DNA of 64,000 nucleotides from Podarcis vaucheri (Eukaryota), in NCBI GenBank assembly GCA_965113315.1, contig OZ220377.1, one strand, 5' to 3'. Shown piece after piece: positions 13,454-29,190 of the stretch. Both the position numbers and the translations under genes were made by a program. Below the pieces are notes generated by a model. It searched no databases. It saw only the letters and a list, made by a program, of their open reading frames with translations, and was not told the origin of the DNA. Numbering within the stretch: position 1 is the first letter of the stretch; the number at the start of each line of letters is the position of its first letter.

Positions 13454-15951
13454 CTAAGGATAGATACTGACCATTTTTTTCGGTCCATTTGATTTCACCC
13501 TCTTCCCCAGGAACCCTGCTTGGCTGATTTTATATATCACAACCCAGCAAGGGATTTTTGTAGGAGCGTCTAGCTCAGCTGCCACATAAGGGTGTCTGGA
13601 AACATTTGCAGCTTTTTAGTTTAGAAAAAAGGTAAGCAGGAGGCAACATGAGTGTATAAAATTAAACATGGTGTAGAGAAAGTGGGTAATAACAACAACA
13701 AAAAGGTCTCCCTGTCTCCTAACACAAGAATTCAGGGGCATCCATTAAAAGAAGAATGCTGGAAGATACAGGACAGACAAAAGGAAGCAGAAAGAATTTG
13801 CTTCCACATCAGGCAGTGATGGCCACTAACTTGGATAGCTTTTAAAACAGAATTGGCCAAATTCGGGGAAGGTTATCAATGGCTACAAGCCACAATGGTT
13901 AAGTTCTGCCTCGACTGTCGGAGGTAGTAGGCTCCTGAATGCTAGTGGCTGGAAACCACAGACAGAAAGGATCCCTATAGGCACCTGGGGAGAACCGGAT
14001 CCTGGACTAGATAGACCACTGGCTTGATCCACCAGGCTCCTCTTAAATTCTCCTGCTGGTTGTCACTGGCTGAGCATTCTTACCCTGCTTCTACCTACGA
14101 CTGGCCAAGCTGCTCTTATGGTTACCCATGAGAGGGATGGGGCAATTAGAGAGAACTGAACAGGGTCTGGACCATGAGAAAGGACAGGAAATGGGGGCAG
14201 AAGAAGAAAACTGAAGAGCAAATAAGCCAGCAGTGAAGCTGTAGCCCTACGGATGTTGGTCCAAAACACCCATAAGCTTCAGATAGCATGTTAATGGTAA
14301 GGGATGAGGGGTGTTGTAGTCCACCAACATTCTGTATCAAAACAGCTGTCGGCTACGTGTTTTCAAGAAGCCTACAAGGGCAGGAAGGTAATATCTTTCC
14401 CCTGTTTAACTCCAGTATATGGGAGTTTTGCTGACTCTGAATATGGAGTTCATTTTATTCCTCTTGGCATGGTCACTACTCCTGTGGCAGAGTTGTCCTA
14501 GTGATTTAAGCTTTTAAAAAGCCAACCTTCCTTCAGCTTTGTAAAGAAGCCTGCAGAAGTTACTAGCCTGCAAACTTTAATAGGCTGCTAAGAGGCTAAT
14601 AGCCTGCATTTCCATGTTGGCCATGAAGGAAAGGAAGCCCCCTGCTCATTGGTAGGCAAGGAATCACAGGCTACTGGCCTCTTAGCAGCAGGTTGGTTGA
14701 AGAAGAATGGAGTGATTGCCTGCACGGAATTCCTGGTTGCCTATGACTATCCGGTGCATCACTAAATGCAGAGTTGGCCTTCCTCTACATATTACGGACA
14801 CTGTATTACATTTTATCCAATATACCCCGTCACCTTGATTGATTGTTAATTACTGACGGGTTGTATGAGGTGCCCAAACTTCACTGGTCTCCTGATACTA
14901 CAAGGGCCTCTGAGTACATTTTCATCTAATTGGTGCTCCAGCTACTTAAAATCAAGTGCAATTACCCCAAACCGCTAATCTTATCCTTTCACTAATCACA
15001 ACCTATCATTAAATTAATTGCATCTCAGTACTCCCCAGTGACCTTACAACTCTAATCTGCTCTTCAGTGTCACACTCCATTTGTCTTCTCCTTTCTTTCC
15101 CATTGCTATTATTCATTTAAAGAAAAAAAAGCCACACACACTCTCTTTTTAGCTTCAGCTGTTTGGGTGTTTAGCTTAGCAGTGCTCTCTGAAAGAGCAG
15201 CCTGCTTACTAAAGGACTTGCAAACATAGACGTGAGGTTTGAACAGAAATGCTGATCTCAAGCTGTGCTTTGAGAGCCCAAAGGATTGTCAAGTGAGTAT
15301 ATACTGAGTATATACTCAGTTAAATACACGAGAAATTTATAATATCCATGTCCCACCCACTGGAGAAGGGGGACATTTGTCCAGGACCCAAGTAAGGTGG
15401 TGTGTAAACTAGACCTGTATACTTGCTTCAGTCCCGTGTTGACAGAAGCTAAGAGCGAAAAGGTCCAAAATTTGAAGAGGCTGAAGACATTGGTGCAAAT
15501 ATAGTAGTGATTTTACGGGTGGCTTAATTAAGACTTTCAATCTGCCTTTCATGGCAAAAGTGACAGAATTTGCATTTGTGTGTGGTGGTGGAAGAGGAGA
15601 AAAAACAGAAGATATTGAGGGCCTTTGGACCCCTTTCATTTTCTATGCAAGTCAGAAATTCAACATGGATATGAATGCATTTAAACATTTTCATGGAAGT
15701 GAAAAAGAACCATAAAACATTATGAAGTGTATGAAATTTACAGTTGTAAGGATTAGTGGTTCTTGAAGGGCTTAGCTGCCAAAACAAATCGGCTCCCAAA
15801 ACAGGAAGTAAGTGCTCTGGTTTGTGAACGTTTTTCGGAAGCCGAACATCTGACATGGCTTCCGCTTGAGTACAGGAAGCTCCTGCAGCCAATCAGAAGC
15901 TGTGCCTTTTCAAATGGTTTCGGGAGTCAAATGGACTCCTGGAACAGATTA

Positions 15952-16120
15952 CTGTATTTTTCGCTCTATAACACGCACCCGACCATAACACGCACGTAGT
16001 TTTTAGAGGAGGAAAATCCGTAGGCATGCCACCCATAGGCATTCCCTCCATAACACGCACAGACATTTCCCCTTACTTTTTAGGAGGAAAAAAGTGAGTG
16101 TTATGGTGCAAAAAATACGG
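15952..16120. mobile_element. Tigger-like MITE nested in another MITE remnant (~15775-16146)
   Basis: TIRs CYGTATTTTT...AAAAATACGG; TA TSD; related copy at 39188-39446. Confidence 0.8.
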
Positions 16121-16919
16121 TAGGTTCGAGAACCGAGGTACCACTGTATATGCATTTCGTAAGTGATACAATTTAAATGACCCACAGCACATGTTTAACG
16201 TTTTGTAAATTAAAACGCTGAAGACTGATTTAAAATAGGACAGAGGACTACACTTGTCAATGCCACAGCAAAGTGAGAGACTGAACACTCTAGCAGACCT
16301 CATCCTCTCATGGAACTCACTGTCATAAGATGTGGTGCTGGCCTCTTGTTCTGACAGCTTTAAAGGGGAATCAGCCCTCTTCTCATCCCTGAAGTTGCCT
16401 ATCTAAAATCTATCTTCTACTGTCAGAAACCCTATGGCCCTGAATACCAATTGCTGGGAATCCCAGGCAGGGAGATCACCACTGTGCTCAGGTCCTGCTT
16501 GTCAGATTCCAAATAGGCATCTGGTTGGCGAATGTGAGAACAGGATGCTGTACTAGAGAGATCATTGGCCTGATCCAGTGTGCTCTTTTTAAGCTGCTGT
16601 TGTTGGACTAGATGGGCCACTTGCCTGATCCAGCAGGGCTTTTGCTATGCTCCTATATAAATTATTATTCTTATGTTGAGTGAAGAATTACATCTTGCCT
16701 GCCTTGGATTTCACTTGGTGACCCTGAGTTTAGGAGTCTAGTAGCTCAAAGTTAGAAGGTTTCATCTGCATGGAAAAAGCAGAACAGCAAAAAAAAAACC
16801 ACAATCCCCCCCATTAGTAAGTTTTGTGGGCTTATTTACAAGGCTAGACTTAACAACACTGTTCCCATTTCATAAAAAGATACAGAGCAAAACCAAAGTA
16901 ACAGAGGAAACAGAGATCA

Positions 16920-17090
<171 letters not shown>

Positions 17091-17527
17091 TCACACAGCC
17101 AAACTCATTTTGTTGAAAGGATTTAAGCCCAGGGTTAAAATGGTAACGTTAAACAAAAACCAGAAAATATGGAAGTCTAACAGACTGAAGGTACTGCCAA
17201 GGGATTTTAAACAAAGTCACAGTGAGCCACAGTAAAGGCATCATGGCAAACCACATTGGAGGGTTTGTAACCTGGTGTCCAGCAGGGTTGAAGAACCTGG
17301 AGCCCAGGGGAACCTCACCTTGAGCCACACACCCCTGCGCAGCCACAACCTCTCACCCCAGGCCATCCCTTTCACCAGCCTTGAATCACACCCTCCTTGA
17401 ATGCTTTTTGCCAGGCTGGAATGTGTCTGTGGTCCCTGACAATGCAGCATCTTGCTTGCTTGGATGACAGAGAGGAAGAAACCAGCCATCCTTACCAAGG
17501 CAACGTTTACATCCATTGCTCCACCTA

Positions 17528-17722
<195 letters not shown>

Positions 17723-18242
17723 CTACAGGGAAAGCAAAAGCCTGGTTGCAGTTATAACCCCTAGGAGTCTTTCAGTAAATTGCTACATAGAATCACAGCA
17801 CTGGAAGAAATCACTCAGTCAATGCAGGGTGCAATGAGAGCGTCCCTAACAGGAGACTGTCCAGGCACTGTCTGTTAAATACATCCAGTGAAAGGGAATC
17901 CTCCAGTTCTAGCTGTAAGGAGGCTTATATTGAGACTTCACCAAATTCTGCTTCCTTGTAAGTTTCCATCCATTAAGTTCTAACCCTGCTGGTTAGAGTA
18001 ACAGAGAATAAGTCTGTTCCTTCTGTGTGGCAGTCACCTTAAACCAGTAGGCATAATATCATGTCTCCCCTTAATCGTCTCTACTCCTGGCTAAAGATAC
18101 CCAGTTTCTTGCCAACTACTCCTCACAAGAGGTGGTTTCCAGACCCTTCACCCATTCATTTATTGCTAAACAAAGGATCTACATTCAGACACTGTTTCAA
18201 AAGCTTGAAAAATGGAATCAACCACATGCATATTATACATAC

Positions 18243-18329
18243 CAGGTCGACAGGCACACGTTGATCTGCAGTGACAGCCTCATCTGACTTGTGCTGCTGT
18301 ATTATACCGACACCAAGCTCATCCAGGAG
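18243..18329 (-). CDS. HEATR6: HEATR6 exon 14
   Basis: cag|LLDELGVGIIQQHKSDEAVTADQRVPVDL|gtatg; 87 nt. Confidence 0.95.
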
Positions 18330-19022
18330 CTGACAAAAACAAACAAACACACACACAAACAAACACGGAAAATGAATAAACTGAAATACATCCACAAGCG
18401 TATGGAACAAAACATCATGCGGCCCCAGGTAACTTTCTTATTGATCAGTCTTATCGACCAATTCCCATTCTCCCCAATTTAGAAAATAAAAAACCTCCAG
18501 GAAAAATGACGACAAGGCAGTCACAATATATATGTTGCTGTGGTGTCCTTTGAATGTTGTTTTTCAAGTTATAATATGGAAGCTGCTGTTAGCTTAACTG
18601 GACGGCCTTTTCAACTATGGAATTTAACTTGTATAATGCCCTCCACATAGATGCTCGTCTGACAACCACACAATAGTGTTTTACCAGCCAGGTGAAGAAT
18701 GCTCTTCTGTTCTTACAGGTCTCTTAAACGCAAGGAGTACAGTCATCTGGTACTTTTAGATGCCTGAACCAAATTATTCCTCTTGCAGGTTTTTAGATTT
18801 TAGCTGCTCTTCTTATGCTAGGTTCCTCCACAAACACACACCAGTGTTATTTATAAATTGGTGTTGCTGTCTTTATTGCCATTTCTTAAATTTTGATTTG
18901 TTATTACATGGGTTTGTAAACTGCTCAAAGAGCTAGCCTGAATATATATGAATTTAATGAACAAAAAAGTGCATTTATCTGGAACCAAAGAAGTTTGGAC
19001 AGAAGTTATTTGTTTTACCTTA

Positions 19023-19265
<243 letters not shown>

Positions 19266-19877
19266 TCATCGGCCAATCCTGGACTGTCAGTAGGGCTGCA
19301 TCTAAACCGCAATTTAAAAAGCTCTGAAAACACTCTGCAAAAAACTGTTTTAAAGTTCACAATGGAAAATTTCATAGTGTTCCGATTTCAGCTCTACACC
19401 ATCTATTGTCACCGTGTTGTAAAGCATTTATAACTACCTTTAAAAAACTAATGTAGCTTAGTCCTGGGTCTAATTTGGTCCGCAAGGCCATTTCCCCAAA
19501 ACCACACCCACCTGCTTATCAGCTGATGTCACTTGAAATGTCACCTGATGGGCAGGAAGACAGGGATAATTCCTGTATTGGCTGTTCTCAATGGGCACAG
19601 CCAGAACACCATAATGTAATAGCCCCCAATTGAGCAGTTGATAAGTTGGGGCTGAAGCCTAATTCAGGATGGGTTTTTGCGTGGAAACGCCTACTAATAC
19701 GGAGGGAGGAAACTTCATTTTGGCAGCACCTTGCAACCAACTTCCCTGTGACATCAGGTGATCAACAGGTGGGCTGGCATGTGCTTTCCGACTGAGCTAT
19801 GGTCTTCAATGTGCCAGAGGACTCCCTTGTTTAAACTGTAGGAAGAAGGTGGCTACCATTCTGGTCATCTAGCCTCA

Positions 19878-20312
<435 letters not shown>

Positions 20313-20315
20313 CTA

Positions 20316-20654
<339 letters not shown>

Positions 20655-20854
20655 TTAGTACCTGCAGAAGGACTGTCTTGGGCAAGGACTAGTAGCAGTA
20701 ATAGGCTTAGTAATATTTCTGGTTGTCTGTAGATTAGCAACAAGAGCATAGCCATTATGGCTAACAGCCACTGATTATGAGAATCTGCACAACTGCTGGA
20801 GAAACAATGCATGCTGCAAAAAATTACTTTTAAAACCTGCTGGCGAGCAAACTA

Positions 20855-21196
<342 letters not shown>

Positions 21197-21340
21197 CTAC
21201 CACCTCCTAGTTAGAAGGAAGAGAGATCAGGCAATGAAGAAAGACCCTGGAGAGCCATGGCTGGTCAAAAGTAGACAATGCTGGGCTAGACTGATAAAGT
21301 GTCTGACTTGGTATAAAGCAGCTCCCTACAACTTAATAAC

Positions 21341-21705
21341 GGGACGCGGGTGGCGCTGTGGGCTAAAGCCTCAGCGCCTAGGGCTTGCCGATCGAAAGGT
21401 CGGCAGTTCGAATCCCCGCGGCGGGGTGCGCTCCCGCTGCTCAGTCCCAGCGCCTGCCAACCTAGCAGTTCGAAAGCACCCCCGGGTGCAAGTAGATAAA
21501 TAGGTACCGCTTACCAGCGGGAAGGTAAACGGCGTTCCGTGTGCTGCGCTGGCTCGCCAGATGCAGCTTTGTCACGCTGGCCACGTGACCCGGAAGTGTC
21601 TCCGGACAGCGCTGGCCCCCGGCCAATAGATGTGAGATGGGCGCACAAACCCCAGAGTCTGCCAAGACTGGCCCGTTCGGGCAGGGGTACCTTTACCTTT
21701 ACCTT
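21341..21705 (+). mobile_element. Full-length Sauria SINE
   Basis: tRNA-like head (GGTGGCGCTGTGG...GTTCGAATCC), (ACCTTT)n tail, 14-bp TSD TACAACTTAATAAC (21327-21340, 21706-21719); CpG-rich, so probably young. Confidence 0.92.
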
Positions 21706-22023
21706 TACAACTTAATAACAACGATAATAAAATAAGATCGCTTACACATCAAAATGGCTTCTAAGTGGTTTACAAGATCAGTTATGAAATCCATGCACAA
21801 TTAGAACACACACAAAAACAAGCCTGTTATAAAGTGTTAATAGTTTTTTTAAAAACCTATTAGATTAGGTAAGACTTTCCTTGAACTTGGGACTTCCCAA
21901 ACAGGTGGAAGAGCCAGTGGAATGCCAATACTGATGAGGCCTCTTGTAGTTCAGCCACCAGTGCAAAAGCCAACCTCTGTGTTACCACAAGTCACAAGTG
22001 CTAGTACCAAAGCTGGGTATTCA

Positions 22024-22326
<303 letters not shown>

Positions 22327-22506
22327 TTAGCTGCACAGAACAGATAATGGATTTAAAAACCTGGATTAGATTTATTTATAAAAAGTATTTATATACCACT
22401 AAATCATAAAAGATATCAAAGTGGTTTACAACATCGAAAAGATAAAAACCATACAATAATAGTGTTAAAAATAATCTTAAGGTATACCTTATAGGCTTAC
22501 ACCAAC

Positions 22507-22766
22507 CTTGTTTTACTCTGCATCCCCCCTTCAGCATCAGAATACTCTGAGTCGCTGCTGCTAATTCTTTTCCAGCCCAAAGCACTCAGAGGCACATGGT
22601 CATTCCCAAATGACGAGTGTATGTCACTGGAAGCTCCATTCCAGACATCTGAATCAGAATCTTGCAGTGCATCTCCACGTAACTTCTGCTTCTCTGGTTT
22701 ACCTCCTTTCAGCTCTTCTTCCAACTTTCCCTTCTTCTGCTTCCCTTTGGGCTTTTTCTTCCTGCT
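22507..22766 (-). CDS. HEATR6: HEATR6 exon 8 (basic/acidic linker)
   Basis: cag|SRKKKPKGKQKK...WKRISSSDSEYSDAEGGMQSKT+AG|gttgg; 260 nt. Confidence 0.9.
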
Positions 22767-23819
22767 CTGTTGTTTGAGAAGAGAATCATGCACAGAGAGG
22801 GGTAATCAGAGTTTTGCTTTTATATAACGAAACATGAATAATCTGCATCAGCAGCCAGAGTAAATCAACTTCCCCTAACCTCTTCAGCACAATTTAAGGT
22901 TTTATTCCTGCATGCCTAAGAAAGCATCTTGTCAGAAATGTCATTCATATACAAAATTTGATCACCGACATGTATGTGAGTAATGCTTTTCCTGAGTGCT
23001 CAAAGAGCTTAACACTTTCCCCCAGAAATCCCAATGACTCTGTAGAGGAGATCAACATTATTAACTCCAGACATCAATGGAAAATATAAAATGCAATGTC
23101 ACTCTGAATCTGGCAACAATCTGACTAAACAGTCTAATCTTGGATGCACAAGGAATCAAGGAGAAAGAGCTGGCTACCAGATTCAGTATAAATCTACACA
23201 AACACACACGCTCCCCGTATTACAGAGGAGACACTGTGACCAATAAAAAGTGCTTTGGCTGAGCTCACCCTGTACACTGAGGTGCTATTTGAACCAGAAG
23301 CTTCTAGCTCAGAGCTCATGTGGTTAACCAGCACACAACTTTTTCTGAGGAAGGTCTGCCCCCCTTCAAAGTAGGCAAAACTTTCTTAAAAGGGTAAATC
23401 CAGCCTCTTTGCTTATTCCCTTCAAACTCCCCCTCAAGCCTCCTTTGCCAAAACCCGATTCCAAGGCCATGCTGAAACTCAGCTTGTCGTTAAAACAGTC
23501 ATCTGTACTGAAACAAAAGCATATCCCACCCATTAACCTGCCTCTCCTTCCCCTGAACTCTGTAAACTCCCATGCATTTAGAGATTAATGATTTTAGACA
23601 AGCATAGAAACCAGGGGAGTGCATGGCATGTATTTTCACTATTCTCTTTTATAGATGACCCCCTGCCCTTCCTGTCCTCTGTCGCAAAGTGTCATTGCCT
23701 AGACATCCTTAAAACATGGTGAAGCAGAGGCCAGCGAGTGTATTAAAAATGTGCTCAGTCTGTGCGGATGCAGCGTTTGAGCTATTTTTAAATGGTAGAT
23801 GTCCACAAATGAAAGATCA

Positions 23820-23975
<156 letters not shown>

Positions 23976-24976
23976 CTAAAATGAGAAACAACCCCCCACC
24001 CCCCATGAGAATTGCATTATTTGGTGACAGCAAATCAATGCTCAGTGGGTCCCTTCTTCTTTTTGGAAATGGTCTACTTCAGTGGCTCCAGTCAAAAGCT
24101 ACCCTCCTCTTTCTTCAAGGTGCCTCTGGATTCCTGTGTCATCCCTCCTAATTCTTTTGCTAAACATTCCTAAATTCACTTCAGATTTCTCACTATACAT
24201 TAAAAAAAACAACACAGCTTTGCTACTCTAAGCTTCCTTGTAGGATTTTTAAAGCATGCCAACCAAATCTATCCATGCAAACTCAGCTGAAAATCCCCAG
24301 CTAGAACCTGCCCACATAAGCTGCACTCAAATGTAAAAGATGATGATGATGAAGAAACCCATGGTTTATCGTAATGGGAATTAGTCTAACCTCCACCAGA
24401 GGCTCACGTGTTCCCTGTCTCTCCTCTGGCACAACCATAGAGAGATCAGGAGCTTTTTGCCTTCGTTTTAGGTTAGTGAGTTTAGCCCTAAACTGTGGCT
24501 AATCTTAACTATGGTTTGTGGGAAAGGTTGCTTTAATAATCCATGGTTTATAATGGACTTTTTCCAAATGACCATAGATTAACAAGTTTGCTGATTAAAG
24601 TGACACAAATGATGGTTAATAAAAAAATGGAAGTGAGAGTTTCCCAAGTCTTCCTTGCAGCTGCAATAAAGGAGAGGGGACAGGGCAGCATTCAAACCTG
24701 GGGGCGGGGGGAGAGGCTCATTTCTGTCCTGATACACCAGACTTCCCCATCTGATGTACTTTGGATGTCGTTGGACTAAAACTCCCAACATCCCAACTAT
24801 AGTCCGAAAGATCTAGAGAGCACCATGTTTGGAAATGCTTCGATACACTATAGTTTTATCATGATGTTCAAACTCAAGACACAAATCTAGTCCTAGAAAG
24901 TGAAGGAATTTCAAAAGCAGACTGCAAGAATGGAATACAGGAAATTGAAAGGCAGGATCTATTGCTAAGACAAGTA

Positions 24977-25322
24977 CAGTGGTGCCCCGCAAGACGAATG
25001 CCTCGCAAGACGGAAAACTCGCTAGACGAAAGAGTTTTCTGTTTTGGAGGTGCTTCACAAAACGAATCTCCTATGGGCTTGCTTCGCAAGACGACAATGT
25101 ATTGCGAGTTCCTGCTGGTTTTTTTTCCTCCCCCCCCCCTTTTTCTAAGCCGTTAAGCCGCTTATCAGCTGATCCGATCAGCAGATAAGCCACTAAAAGC
25201 TGCTAAAAGCCGCTAATAGCGCTAATCCGTCAATGGGCTTGCTTCGCAAGACGCAAGACGAAAAAACCACTAGATGGAGAGAATCACAGAACAGATTCTT
25301 TTCGTCTTGCGAGGCACCACTG
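24977..25322. mobile_element. Tc1/mariner MITE with repeated CGCAAGACG motifs
   Basis: TIRs CAGTGGTGCCYCGCAAGACGAA; TA TSD on both sides. Confidence 0.9.
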
Positions 25323-25401
25323 TATTTGCAGTGCAGATTATGAGAAGCATCCTGGCCAGAAAGTTCACCTTCCTCTGTGACAAAGGGGGATAGGACTTCT
25401 A

Positions 25402-25518
<117 letters not shown>

Positions 25519-26408
25519 CTAGAAGACCGGGGGTGGGGGTGGGGGAGAGAACAATAACATTAGCCACATGGCCCATCAACATGGCACTGTCTGAAGTCAC
25601 AATGTTGTAGCACATGATACAATTAGTGTAAAGCATTAAATTTCATTAAATTTCATCTGCAAATCTTTCCCAAAAGCCAGAAAGTATTTCACAGCATCAC
25701 ACCCAAATTTAGTCATAAGCTCAGCATGTGGCTTTGACCAAACAAGAATCTTTGGGCCTATGATACAGGACTGCACATTAAATCAATTTCAAAATGTTAT
25801 CAGATTGTCCACCAGCAAGATCTGCAACATTAAAAACAGGAAAGTAATAGGAGTTGGCCAACTAATTATGAGTTCCAAGCAAACTCATTGGAGAGGGATA
25901 TAACTGTGAAACAGAGCATATGCATTCCATTATATGTCATCCCAGTTCCAGTTAAGAGATTTTTTGCACTTCGGACAAGGAAAACACTTCTTTCCGAGAA
26001 CCTGGAGCACTTTTTCCTAAACATGACTGCAAGGAAAGCTGATATGCTCCTTCTGCAATAGGTTGACCACAATTTAAGACAGGCACAGAGAATCTTCTTC
26101 AGCCCAAGGGCCACTTTCCCACATGCACAACCTTCAGGGAGCCATATGCCAGCAACAGGTGGAGCCAAAATGAAAAGCAGGCATGGACAGAGCAGGTGGT
26201 GTCAAAAATGGCACAAGTACACCACAAACATACATGTATGTTCAACACACATGCAGACTCTTACCCTGCTCCAAAGCAATTAGGCTTGGGAAAAGGAATG
26301 TTATTGTTAAATAAAAGGGACATTGCTGTAGGGCATTGCTGCATTTTACAGTTGAGGAAACCATCCCCAGAAGTGATCAGGAAAGTTGCTGCTTACCAGT
26401 GTGTCTCA

Positions 26409-26579
<171 letters not shown>

Positions 26580-26641
26580 TCAGAGCAGGCGAGAACGTCT
26601 ATTACGGAGAATAAAAGACACCACCAGAGCAGTTTTCCTTA

Positions 26642-26758
<117 letters not shown>

Positions 26759-27111
26759 CTAAAAATATAAAGTACCAGTCCCCACACTGCTAGATACATG
26801 ATCCAATTATTATTATTATTATTATTCAAATGAAAACGGCTTAATCTCTCATAGTATCTCATAATATCCTGAAGCCAAAACAGATTAATACTCAGCTGCA
26901 TGAAAGATAAAAATAGAACAATGATGAGGGGCCCCAACATGACATCCTCAGACACCCCCCTTGGCAACTGCTAAGGCTCCTTGGCCCTGCATCATCCTGA
27001 CACCAGATGAGCTTCAGGGTTGAGTGGGATTCAAACCCTGCTCTCTCAGGTCCTAGTCCAACACTCTAACCGCTACACCACCCCTGGCTCTCCATTTCCA
27101 CCTTGTTCTCA

Positions 27112-27282
<171 letters not shown>

Positions 27283-27919
27283 TTAAACCTCTAGGACATC
27301 TCACCTTACCTTTTCCTAAATTAAAAAGTCCTAAACGTTTTCTCATATGAGAATTGTTCCAGCCCCTTGATCTTATTTGTTGCCCTTTTCTGCACCTTTT
27401 GCAGCTCTACAATATCCTTTTTGAGGTGAGGAGACCAGAACTGCCCACAGCACCCCAAACGTAGTCACATCATAGATTTGTATTGAAAGGAACAGTATCA
27501 AAAATTTATCTAACCCTCCCTGAACATGATGTTTGCCTTTTTCACAAATGCCGCATAATGAGTCATCATTCTCACACGGTTATTCACTGTGAATCCCAAA
27601 TCTCAGACCCCATTCATATGAAGTTAGGACTTCTTGCCCCAATGTGCGTAACTTTATACTTGCTCAGGAAACTACCTGAGATCAGACTAGTTGTCCACCT
27701 AGCCCAATACTGCCTGTTCCGACTGGTAGCAGCTCTCCAGGCTAACCAGCAGAAGCCCCTCTCAATCACCCACTCATGATCCTCCTTATAATAAATACTG
27801 CAGCGCAACAACCATTCAGTTCTCTGGTCCCAGAGACAGCTGTGCAAAAACCACGTGGGGGCACGAACATTGCACATGTGTGTGAACGCACACCTAGCTT
27901 CAATTCACACACTGGATCA

Positions 27920-28096
<177 letters not shown>

Positions 28097-28140
28097 TTAA
28101 ATTTTTATTTTTAAAATTGACTTTATATACTGCCCTATAC

Positions 28141-28432
28141 GGAGACGCGGGGGACACTGTGGGTTAAACCACAGAGCCTAGGGCTTGCCGATCAGAAGGT
28201 CAGCGGTTTGAATCCAGCACGTCAAAGTGCAAGTAGATAAATAGGTACCGCTTCGGCGGGAAAGTAAACGGCGTTTCCGTGTGCTGCTCTGGTTCGCCAG
28301 AAGCAGCTTAGTCATGCTGGCCACATGACCCGGAAGCTGTATGCCGGCTCCCTCGGCCAATAAAGCGAGATGAACGCCACAACCCCAGAGTCGGTCACGA
28401 CTGAACCTAATGGTCAGGGGTCCCTTTACCTT
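28141..28432 (+). mobile_element. Sauria SINE with internal deletion, nested in a minus-strand tRNA/L2-tail SINE (~28100-28660)
   Basis: Same head and tail as the 21341 copy; TSD TACYGCCCTATAC (28128-28140, 28433-28445). Confidence 0.85.
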
Positions 28433-28639
28433 TACCGCCCTATACCAGGTCTTAGTGCGGTTCTCAGAACTGAATATGCGTTTCCAGTTGGCCTTTCCTC
28501 CCAAGGAGCTGACAACCCGACCCCACTTCACCTTGTATCCTTACGACGACCCTGCGAGGGAGGGTGAGGGAAGAGAGACTAGCCCATCGTAAGTTGCCCA
28601 CCCAGGTTCATGGCTCGGGGAGGATTTGAACCCCGGTCT

Positions 28640-29190
28640 CTCCCGTCCTGGACTCTCCGCCCTCCCGCCCCCATTGCCCCCCGTTCCCCAATTCACGCGC
28701 CCCCACCCACCTCTACACCCTCCTCCTCCTCCTCAGCCCCCTCACCTCCGGCCTCGGCGCCCCCGGCCCCGCTCCCCCCGGCCCGCAAGTCTCGGAGATG
28801 AGCTGGTCGAAGAGCAGGTGGAGCTCAGTGCGGCGGCCGCTGTCGCCTCCCGGGACCTGGCTGGCGTCGCCCCCGAGCCGCAGGGCGCTAAGACGGGCGA
28901 GGTAGCGCTTCAGGAAGGGCGCGGGTTCAAGCACCGCCGCTCCCTCTCTTAGCGTTGCGGCCTCGGCCGCCATTATCCCAGCTCGGCTGCCGGTTGCCAC
29001 GGCGACGGAGCCGCGCGGCCGGAACTTCCGGTGGAGAAGGGAAAAGCCGCCATTAGCCGTGACCGAAACTCAGTGGGCGCTGCTCTAGGCTGTGACGTCT
29101 CTGTGGTGGAAAGACCCGCTTGGCCAGGCGTTGGAATTCGCTTCTCTTGGCAGGCGCTGCACGTCCTCGAGCGCCCCCTGGTTGCAGCTT
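28640..29190 (-). promoter_or_regulatory. HEATR6 CpG-island promoter
   Basis: CpG-dense; RFX X-box-like GTTGCCACGGCGAC (28993-29006), paired ETS-like CCGGAACTTCCGG (29019-29031), YY1-like GCCGCCATT (29046-29054), CRE-like TGACGTC (~29093), CTCF-like GCGCCCCCTGGTTG (29171-29184). Confidence 0.8.
28746..28973 (-). CDS. HEATR6: HEATR6 coding exon 1 (ATG at 28973)
   Basis: MAAEAATLREG...RTELHLLFDQLISE...PRPE matches the HEATR6 N-terminus; donor GAG|GTGAGG; 228 nt, phase 0; within a CpG island. Confidence 0.92.

Noticed and set aside
24977-25322. CRISPR-like repeat/spacer pattern (CGCAAGACG units)
   Set aside because: Units are short and irregularly spaced, inside TA-flanked TIRs in a vertebrate genome; this is a MITE
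28974-29000. N-terminal extension MATGSRAGI of HEATR6
   Set aside because: The ORF track starts at a GTG inside the promoter X-box-like motif; the first ATG is at 28973
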